Of a stretch of 64,000 nt of DNA, positions 27,745 to 37,223 are shown piece by piece. Made by a program: the position numbers and the translations under genes. The DNA comes from Gnetum montanum (taxonomy: Eukaryota; Plantae; Gnetophyta): positions 131,955 to 195,954 of the forward strand of contig MNCI01000405.1 in assembly GCA_015680685.1 (NCBI GenBank), in the 5' to 3' direction. The notes beneath the pieces are model-generated. The model was not told where the DNA came from. It searched no databases and saw nothing but the letters and a program-made list of their open reading frames with translations. How positions within the stretch are numbered: position 1 is the first letter of the stretch; each line of letters starts with the position of its first letter.

Positions 27745-30700
27745 ATGGCTTTTTCGAATACTTTCACTAACACCTTGAACGTTGAAGTTCCCATCACGGT
27801 TCAAGGCACTACTGGTGCCGAACAACTGCTGAACAAGACTTTGGAGACACGTCAATCTCTAAGAATCCAAAATCAAGGACTTGAGGGATTGGCCTAGCAA
27901 CATGAGCATTACAGTTTCCTCTATGAAAAGGTGTAGGAAAATCTACCCTTGGATGCACACGAACTCAAGGACAAACGTAGCTTCGAGTTCGCTTACTACA
28001 ACGATTAGGCATTTTTTCCTACTCCCAGCATTTCCTTACCTTTAATGCAAATAGATCAAAGGCTTCTAGACCAACTAATCTAGTTGACTAGGCTTAGGGA
28101 GCAACAAGACATAGCGTCCAACCAAGATGATGCCTTTCAGGATGAACAGGAGGAACTTGATTCCCAATTAGATGAGGGAGGTCCAACCAACCCCATTCTG
28201 GTCCCTCTTACCCAGTCCTTCTAGGCCAAGCCATTATCTATCACTACTCCCTTTTTGATTATGTCTACGCTTCCGTAACCCACGATTACATCTTCTATGG
28301 GTAGCCATGCCAATTCCACGGTGTTTCAATGCCCTCTTTTGCTTGTTTCGCCTATGTCATTTGCAGCTACTATCCCTTTACAAGCTGTTTAGCAATCCAT
28401 TCCTGTAGCACATACGCCAATCGCAGCTACCCTGCCACATGTTTGTACCATGACTATTTCACAATTGTACGCAATTTCTGTTTTCATTCCTACATTCACA
28501 TACGTTCCACCCACTGTGGCAGGCCCTAGCCCGTCCACATGGTGGGCCCCAGTTGCTGCTTTGCCTATCTTGCAACTATCGCAGATGTCTCACTATGTTC
28601 ATTTGCAAACCCACCAAGCCTCGCAGATGGTACAACCCAACACGGGGCTATGGTCTACGCTGCTGGCAACATAAGCAATCCATCCGGCAGCCAAACCTAC
28701 AATTACTGCCCTAACAACACCACCTACCATATGGTGGACAACATAAATAGCACTGCTCGCAGGGGTCATCTTAGCAATACTGTCGATGGGTCATGTCACC
28801 GCCCCCGCCATGCCACAAGCGGGAGCTACCTCTACAGTTCCCCAACTCTCTACAATGTCGCTGGGTCTATACCAAGAATTCCAGCTTATCCAGACCCTCA
28901 CTGAGAAAATAAAACACCTCAAAGCTGCTAGGTCTAACACAGTACAAGTCATGGACTTGTCCCAGGACAACCCCATCAGCCTTGCAATTCCTGCCTTGAC
29001 ACTACCCCCAGGGATGTCTCTCCCACACTTCATGAAGTACGATGGGAAGGGAGATCCCAATGCACATCTTGTCACCTTTAGGTCTAAATCATTGCTATTG
29101 CAATAATGGCCGCACACAATCATTCGTGTCTTCACCATGTCCCTAGCTAGGAAAGCCCTAGATTGGTATTGCACATTGCCACACTCATCCATCTCAACTT
29201 TGGAAAAACTCCTAATCTAGTTTGTGACACGCTTGAAGTACAACTTGAAGCCAGAAATCACACTGGATCAATTGATGAGCGTGAAGCAAGACTCGCTAGA
29301 ACCAGTCCAAAAGTTCATTCAACGTTGGAGTGCAACCTTTAATGAAATCCGCGAGCCCATCACAGAGGCCCACTTACTGGTTGTCTTTAAGGGTGTAGTG
29401 AACAACTTCATCAAGTCCAAACTGTACTACCTCACTCCTTGCTCTCTTAGTCAGGATTTCGCTTAGACTAAGAGCATACAGGACACGGCCAAGGTGAGCA
29501 AAGACTCGGCCTACATCGCTTACAAAAACACCTTCACAAAGAAGGACAAGGGTAAGGCCCCAACAACCACAGTGGTAGCTGTGGCGACTAAGGTCAAGCC
29601 CAAACCCAGCAACAATGGTAGCAAGAATAACAAGAAAATGACCATACATATGACCAACCCTGCACCCAAACAGGGCCACATGCCGCAACCTACTACACCT
29701 ACGCCTGAGACATCTGCACAGCCCAAATCCAACTTTGAGTGCAAAGACCACTCAAAGTACACCCCACTGCCTTTCAAGCCTTTAGAGCTTTTGAAGTAGT
29801 TGCTGGCAGTGGGATACATCTAACATAAGCAGATGTTAGAAGAAGCAATCACGAGACATCAACATTATTGCAAGCTCCTTAGGAACCCCTCTTTGGCCCT
29901 GCCCAATGAGCCTCCAGTTCCTAGGGGTTTTAGGCTAGACAAGTTTTGTGACTACCACCAACAGTGTGGTCACAACATGGATTACTTTCTGGCGTTGCAT
30001 GATGACATCCAAAGATTATTCGACCAGGAGAAACTGGTGCTAGACGAATGCAACCCAATACGCCTTGAAAACCAATATATGTATGTCTACATAGATCCCC
30101 TCAATGCCAACAATGCCGATTATGTAATCAATGCCATTGACATTGATAGTGATCCCAGGCCACCCCAACAGCCATTTGTCCATGTGCCTCAGTGTAGTGC
30201 ACCAGCACCACTAGGAGTTGGTCGAAGCTTGCTGTAGTCATTCAACTTGAAAGTGCCACCACAGACATCCACCTTTGTTCTGCCTATTGGCGGGGTCACG
30301 CATTCTAGTCCGCTAACACCTCTAGCTCCATTCGTCATCAGGGGGCTGACACCCTCGATGGCCCCTATCTCGCGTAACACAGTTGAATAGCCTTCTTGCC
30401 CCGCAAGGTAAGAAGTCCACTTTGCGAGTGAGACATCAAAGGGAAGTACTGTCAAAGGTACCTCCAAGCCTATGTCTTCATCCCTTGCATCTGTACCTTC
30501 GCCACCAACGATGAAGGTTGATACGACTATGCAGCTTGCATCACTCTGCCAACAAAGATTTGAACCCAGATCCAAAGTCTCCTCTCGTCGAGAAATTCAT
30601 CTTCCGAGAAGAATAGAAGAGGAGGAAAGCATCAAAAAAGGGGGTAGTCAAGACTTCTTGGACACCCTCACATAGGTCAAACAAGCTCTAAAACAAAAAA

Positions 30701-31251
30701 ACACTATGTTGAGCTTGTACGACCTAATCATGACATCTACCCCACACCATGAGGCTCTAATCCACATGTTGACAGTGACTTCAGTCAACGAAGACATGCC
30801 CACGGAGGAAGAAGCAATCTATGTGGTTATGCTTGCCTCCGTGCCTGCACGGTCAGAAAAACCTCAACTAACCTTCCACGATGACGCCATGAGGGAAGGC
30901 TTCAAGAGGGATTAGGTGAATACGATGCCCCTTTTCATCACAATTCTGGTCGGCCAACATCAGATCTAAAGGGTACACATTCATGATGGGGCCACCACGA
31001 ATGTCATCCCCTTCCCCATTGTGGACAAGCTGGGCTTGGTCGACCAGATTAAACCCACGATGACCTCATGCCTGAGGTTGTTCAATGGGATGCAGGTCAT
31101 GGTAAAGGGCACAATTCACATGAAATTTGTAGCAGGGGACCAGTTCCCCACAAATGCAACGTTCATCGTGGTTGAGGAAATGCCTGGGTTTAACCTGATC
31201 TTGGGGAGATCCACGGTGATGAAGTATCAACGCAAGCTATCCACAATGTAG
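27745..31251 (+). pseudogene. gag: gag-protease of the Tat element (one reading frame, many in-frame stops)
   Basis: ORF pieces at 27745, 28450, 28786, 29224, 29494, 29833, 30472, 30706 and 31021 are all in one frame; gag core KYDGKGDPNAHL..ALDWY..SVKQDSLEPVQKFIQRW; FCDYHQQCGH knuckle-like motif; protease RVHIHDGATTNVI..NLILGR. Confidence 0.9.
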
Positions 31252-31534
31252 GTGTGGAGGAAGGCTCAGAGGTCATAACTTTTGAGAATGAAGTGCCTAT
31301 AGCAATCTACACTGATTACCTGGCAAAGGGGTTAGCTCAGCAAGTTGATCCCCAAAATGAAAACACATGGACTGAGTTTCCCTTCCAAGTGAGACGATGA
31401 TGTAGATGAAGGCTCTGGTGGAGCACCTTGGCCTTATGTCTCACTCAACCCACGTTGGGTCAAGAAGTAGCTTTGCCTAGTGTAGCAACCCCATTGCTTC
31501 CCGCCCACACACCGCTCATATGCTTCCACGCTAT

Positions 31535-31708
31535 GGCCAGAAACGGCCTAAAACTAGTGACGTGAAATGGCCCGAAATGGCCTAAAACTATGTTGTGGCC
31601 CAAAATGGCGTAAAAATAGCATAAGTTACCAATTAGCCTTCGTTCAAGTGGTTGACGCATCATCTCTTTGGCATGTTACGCAATGGCCCGAAATGGCCTA
31701 AAACTAGC
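31535..31708 (+). repeat. Cluster of GCC-N6-GGC-..AAAACTAG motifs (4 copies)
   Basis: e.g. GGCCCGAAATGGCCTAAAACTA at ~31569 and ~31685. Confidence 0.8.
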
Positions 31709-31777
31709 ACATGAAAGCATTAACATTTTATACAAAATGCATGTATGCAATACACAACTAGCATAAAATCTTCTTGC

Positions 31778-31783
31778 TTTATT
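31778..31783 (-). terminator. Candidate poly(A) signal of the antisense gene
   Basis: Minus-strand AATAAA ~140 nt past the predicted TAA at 31926-31924, in U-rich context. Confidence 0.45.
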
Positions 31784-34049
31784 AAAAATTGTTGTCTTTC
31801 AAACAGTGTTTGCAAAATTTGTTACATAAAAATCCAAAATATCAAATTTTCAAAGAAAATCCCATGCAGCCATGGGTTGTCTCTGTTCGCATCATTTTCG
31901 CTTTGCGTTCTTGTGTCATTACTTTATGCATCACCTTCCCCTACTTTATCCCTCGTCAGCTCTTCATTCCCTCCCTCTATGGGTGCTGTGCCATCACCTG
32001 GGGCTTGCATCGTAGGGAAAAGTGGTCAGTGAGGGCAACAAATGCAAACTACAATAGAGCATGAACATAAACATTAACACAGTAGAAAACGGCTAACCTG
32101 AGAAGGGCCTGCATCCATCTTGAAAGGTGTCTGGTCTAAACCAAGCCTAAGACGATGCCAAATCTCCTCTGCCATGATATCTACGCAACACCTCTTGCCT
32201 AGTGTAGCATCCGCTGCAGAAGCTCTCTCCCTTTCGTCGAGTGTCCACCTTGGTGGACCAAGAGAAAAGGAGACGGTTGTGGTTTCTCCTGTGGGAAGGG
32301 CCACCTTCCAATTAGGAGATTTCGTGACCTTGACCTGCTCTTTGAACCTAGTATAGGACTCAGAAGCATTAATGGCATTTATGAATGTTTCATATGTAGA
32401 TTTCTCCATAGCAGCGTCTTCATATAACTTACGATGGGTGGCATTTTCCTATTTATACATATATTTATGGTTTCTTTGGGTCTGCCCCCATTCGTAAATC
32501 TTGGCACTGATGTCTCTTAGATCTTGACACTTCTGATCCAGTAGATCCATTTGCATCTGCTGCTCTATCAGTTCACAGGTAGTCTCAACATTCTGACGTG
32601 CAACTGTCCAAAACTTGGCATGGTCTACCATAGCTATGCACCAGCCCTTGTTGTTAGTGCTACGGGCCATGAGGAACTCATTCCTCGACTTGAGTTCCTC
32701 CACCTCGACCCTCAGGATAGCTTCTCCCTGCTCTACCTTATGGGCTCATTTCCACAGCTTCTCGTTGGCATGATTGCACTCCCACGGGGAGTGCGCTGAG
32801 TGCAAAGTGCATCTACAGACCTCGTCGTATGCACGAAGAGACACCTCGGTCATGTCCAGTGGGAATGTGGACACAGCACCAACTTTCAAAGGTCGTGTCG
32901 GGTCCCACTTGAGTTGAGAAGCTGCCATGACACAAAGAACACACTAGTCGCATTAGCGTATCATGATTAGTAAATGCAAGAAACTTTAGCATAACAATGC
33001 GAGAGCAAGCAACACTACTACTTACCCACTTCAGGGTCCACCTGCTAAAGGCGATTAATCATGTCGTCAACAATCCCCTGCATAAATGTGAATTTGTCAG
33101 GGATTTCAGCCCAACATCCTGTATGAACCGGAGGGGGTCCCGTGGCATCAATGGTAGCATCTGTTGCATAACCAAACACATTAGCAATGATCAAAATGGA
33201 CTAAGATAAGGTAGACATATTGTTGAACTCACCAACGCCTGGTTGTGGTCTCACTTCCGGCTGATGCAAAACGATGGTAGAAGCCTAGCCGAAAGTTCCT
33301 CCTAGGTCCCTGTGGACCTCCTCTTCATGGGCTGGTGCTTTTCCTTTGAGGAGACCAGCATCTTTTTTATTCAAGGGAGACTCCTTCGTAGGAGGGTTCT
33401 CCCTAATAATGAGAACCCCTACCTTAATAGCAGGAGCTCTCTGCCTTTTGATCGGGACCCTTCTCTCTGAGATTGGGGCCCACGCATCTTTATTCATTGT
33501 ACTTATCCTAAGGGCTGACATCTCTTCATTGCCTTCTTCTTCTTCTCCTTTTTCTTCTAGTGGTCAAAAAATGCATTTGCATTATCTCAAACCAAGTTAG
33601 CCTAAGGCAGATGCTACACTACGCTACGCCACCTAGCGCAGCATAGCGTAGTGGACAATAGCAAACCAAGCATTTAATGAAAGCACTTACCAATAGGGGG
33701 TTGCGTCCTTTGCAGTTTAAGCCGTAGCTTTCACCCCTCCTCTTCCTCCACATGAAGGGTTTCCTTAGTCAAGGGAGGCCTCTTTCACCACAACTTGCTG
33801 GCCATAGTCTCAACCATGAGGCATTCACCCTGTGACATGCTACCGTCCATGGCGGGGGGCGTCTCACCTATGCTATCCTGGCCACGAATGTTGCGGGCCA
33901 CTTGATCCTTCACTGTTACAGAAAAAGACTTCCCAATTACCTATGGGAGATCCAGGGCTCATATGGTTTGAAAAATTTGGCGAATCCAAGGACTAGAAAT
34001 CTGGTCACGATTTTGCACGACCCAGCCTCCTTTCTCCCAGACCACCAAG

Positions 34050-34600
34050 AACTCCACGAAGCGCTTAAGATTGCCTATGCAGAAGGTGTAATGGATGTTG
34101 GAATGGGACTCCGTTTTTGTGTAGTGCCCCAAGATTTCAGCCTACAAGCCTTTACACAGGGACTCAGCCTAGTTGTAATGGATCCCCTCCTCTATAACCT
34201 CACACATTATCTAAGCCTGCTCAAGCCCTAGGACCTTTCCCTGGGTGAGCAGCTGGGGGAATGCACAAGCATGGAAGATGGGATAGAACTCCTTGGCAGG
34301 TCCCTCCCTAAGTTTCTGTATGGATAGCCCCTTACGCTCCTTGGTAAGCCCTAACCACTCCTAAAGGTCCTTCTTCTGGAGGATCAACTCCATCTTGGAT
34401 TTTGACCCTATCGAAATGCCTTCAGCAGGGACACCAAGCAAATCCACAAATAGCTGGTCATTGATATCAATGACCACTCACATGCCATGCACGCGTAGGC
34501 AAAAGTGACCCACTTTGTCAAAGAAGGACTTGACTAGGAAAAGCATCTTAGCGGCAGGAACGCCTGGATTCGGGGCCAGGAATAGATCTAGAAGCCTCGC
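34050..34600 (-). other. PMD / Transposase_32-like plant transposon domain remnant
   Basis: LVKSFFDKVGHFCLRVHGM*VVIDINDQLFVDLLGVPAEG ... EEGIHYN*AESLCKGL*AEI resembles the F..v.G....i.....llGlP..G and y.Wa..l...L hallmarks of these families. Confidence 0.55.
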
Positions 34601-35199
34601 CTTTTTGATGTTCTGGACCAAGGAGTCCAAGTCCCCGCCATTCAGCCAGTGTTAGCTTATCTCTACTTCCCCATACTTGAAGTAGACATTTGCCCCCTGT
34701 GCCTTAGTGGTTACCACTGTTACCTCCCGAGGCTTCTTTGCCTCTACAATGGTTCCAAAAAAATGTTTAGCAAAAAATGTAGAGAATGCAAAAATTGCAA
34801 AGACACTTAGACATGTGGCACTTACGTCTCGACCTACTAGGTTAGTATGGCAGTGCAAACTATGGGAGTACAACCTGAGCCTATTCAACCATGAATGGTT
34901 TAAAGGGTTTTACCCACTCCTCATCCAGCCAACCCTGCCCCCTACACTGATTGTAGAGGGGAGAATATACGTTTGGGTAGGTGTGGTATTCACCCCCGCA
35001 TTGACCGATCACACCCACCCGAAGGTTCTCAGCAAAAGAGAACTCCTGCAGGGCTAGTTGTGTTGTAGCCAGAAAACTTGGTAGGTCATGAAGAACCTGG
35101 TAGCAAACACATGCTATTAGCATTAGGCCACTATTTCTAGCATCGCACAAACATAGCAGAACAAAGCTGCGAAACTCACCTGCTGACAAGGTAGATAGT

Positions 35200-35626
35200 C
35201 CCTTGAGGGTTCTGGAAGCACGTCATCATAAAATGTGCAAGGAAAAATGTGTTGAAAGAGTGGTAGTAGCTATACTCAGTCATCTCCTAGATCTAGGCTA
35301 GGCACCTTAACCCTATTGGGCACTAGCTGGATCCCTCTCCTAGTCCACTCGCGATTGCCCCATCGATCAGAAACCTCATAATGCCTTGACTAGCCCCAGG
35401 AAAAATGGCTTTTGTTATGTCGGCTGCCTCCTCCTCTAGGGAGGACCAAACGATCACACTGAAGTGGTCTAGGAGGAATTGCAAGAAGCCCTGTGCCCCC
35501 TTCCTGAACCACACCCCCCACTCTCCCATGCGTATCTGGGGAGGTGGGGTATTGGCCATAGGATTGCTCACATGGCACAGGACCCCTCTAATTTTCAAAA
35601 TAATCAGCATGGGCCTCAACCCCACC
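35200..35626 (-). other. FCP1/NIF (CTD-phosphatase-like HAD fold) domain remnant, catalytic motif absent
   Basis: RPMLIILKIRGVLCH...VWFRKGAQGFLQFLLDHFSVIVWSSLEEEAADITKAIF matches the NIF pattern LVLDLDGTLxH...RPgldeFLxflxxxFevvvWtS; one frameshift near 35365. Confidence 0.7.
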
Positions 35627-36410
35627 CTACACAACACAATCAACAAATGTTAGCATCATACCTAAGGGCAATGCACATGCAATGCCTAGCAGTTCATGCA
35701 TATAGCGTAGCATAACCCTCTACCCGCACATAGCGTAGCAAAGGTGTGAAAGCCTAGCATAGCAAGAACATACAATAGCCTAGCATAGCAACAAAACAAT
35801 TGACGACATGCCCTAACAAAACACATGTCACACTACCGCATCACACATGGCCTAGCCATCCTAAAGGTTTTACATTACGACATGTAAGGGTCAAACAACT
35901 TAAACTGCCCTAGCCCCCATGGTTATGACAATCGCGGCGGTGGCAGTTTCAATGGCCTTGCATGTAACTACAATGTAGCATTTATGCATTTGCCATGGCT
36001 GAAACAGTGACAATAGCAATGCAAAAGCTAAAACAACACAACCATAAAAAACACAGGTAGCTAAGAATGGATGCAAAGTGAATAGGATGCAAAACAAAAG
36101 TAGAGAACAACAGAAAGCACAAACAAAAAAGCGAAGGAAACATAGTAACCTACTGGGTCAATGGTGTGCTCTTCTGTGCCGCAACGCACGCTTGTGTTGC
36201 ATGCCCCAGGGTCTTCTTCACCTCCTCAACCTTTGCAAGTGCTATATGAGTCTTAGGAGCCATTTTCCTGCTTGCAAATTTACACTCGCTGTAAAAACTC
36301 ATCTTGCTAGTCGTTAACACAATTGCTTCGTGCTTCGAAATCACCTTGTGCTCCAATGTGGGCTCTATGCTCTTATGGTGAGAATGGAAAAATTGCCAGG
36401 GTTTAACCCC

Positions 36411-36418
36411 TATTTATG
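36411..36418 (-). promoter_or_regulatory. Candidate TATA box of the antisense gene
   Basis: Minus-strand CATAAATA(GGGG), ~150 nt upstream of AAAATGGCTCCTAAG (MAPK, good plant start context). Confidence 0.5.
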
Positions 36419-36594
36419 GTCATAATGATAAGAGGGGGGAAACTTGCCACTCTCTCTCTCTGATTAATGTGGAGTGTGCCATAAAACGTACCATGCTTGC
36501 CACGACATCGTAGCACTATTAGCATTAAAGCCTTGACACGCTTCAAGCCAACTATTTTCTTTCCCGAAAACAAAAAATATATTTGTTTTTGTTA

Positions 36595-37100
36595 CTAGTC
36601 CAAAAAGACCTTAAACTAGTATTCTTGGCAATCGTAGCACGACTGGTCCAAAAAGACCTTAAACTAAGCAATCCTAGTATAGTCGCACCCCTAACAGTCC
36701 AGAAAGACCCTAAACTAGTAGTTTCAACCTGTTGCGTTCGCGGTCTACAATGACGTTAAACTAACAACACCACATGCTTACATGGACGATTTTCGCATCT
36801 TCTTCCACATTGGTAGCGTCGCAATTTCTAGTAGTTTCATGTTTTTATGTCAGTAGTTCATATTTTTTCATTGACGATTTGGTATTTCTCATACTCGTAG
36901 TTTCCCGTTTCACATACTATCATTTTGCATGTTAAGATTTTGCATGTTACAATTTGGTAGTCCGAAATGACACTAAACTAGCAGTTTGGAATTTTCATAT
37001 CGACAGTTACATAGCTTCACACTTTACATTAGCAGTTTTACACCTTTAGTAGTTCTACACTCTTGTGCCTTGGCAGTCTGCCATGACCTTAAATTGGCAA
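36595..37100 (+). repeat. Cluster of GTC-N6-GAC-..TAAACTAG motifs (~6 copies)
   Basis: GTCCAAAAAGACCTTAAACTA x2, GTCCAGAAAGACCCTAAACTAG, GTCTACAATGACGTTAAACTA, GTCCGAAATGACACTAAACTAG, GTCTGCCATGACCTTAAATTGG. Confidence 0.85.
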
Positions 37101-37223
37101 ACTTTCAATCTTTACATCATCGCACTTCGCAAGTTGCATCTCATCATTGATTTGCAAACTTTTGTTACACACAATCTTTGCCAATAGACGCCTTTTAACC
37201 AAGCTTTTATTTTATGTTGGCAG

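Larger units (their letters stand above)
31924..36263 (-). pseudogene. Spliced antisense accessory gene of the Tat element, 8 predicted exons, ~1,060 aa: FCP1/NIF-like + PMD/Transposase_32-like + acidic/coiled-coil
   Basis: Exons (minus): 36263-36154 (tentative), 35626-35180, 35045-34826, 34743-33691, 33556-33233, 33160-33026, 32921-32098, 32004-31924. Introns 35046-35179, 34744-34825, 33557-33690, 33161-33232 and 32922-33025 all have GTRAG..YAG ends; exons 3-8 splice in one frame. Confidence 0.85.
31252..37223 (+). other. Putative large intron between protease and RT (Ogre-like position)
   Basis: Acceptor TTTTATTTTATGTTGGCAG|TTT at 37223/37224 is phase 0 with the RT frame; phase-0 donor candidates are (C>T)AG|GTGTGG at 31252 and CAA|GTGAGA at 31389. 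Confidence 0.62.

Noticed and set aside
32120-35715. Plus-strand ORFs (32120, 32551, 33346, 33902, 34707, 35405) as genes
   Set aside because: Shadows of the minus-strand coding exons; no recognisable motifs.
36595-37100. Hammerhead ribozymes (GTC..GAC..AAAC resembles helix II plus GAAAC); also the 41786-41824 hairpin
   Set aside because: No CTGANGA box in the right place and no helix I/III pairing.
31500-37200. An independent nested transposon as the explanation for the PR-RT insert
   Set aside because: No LTR pair, TIR, TSD or transposase/RT motifs seen; it shares the TAAACTAG and TAGCG motifs with the host element's 3' UTR and LTRs.
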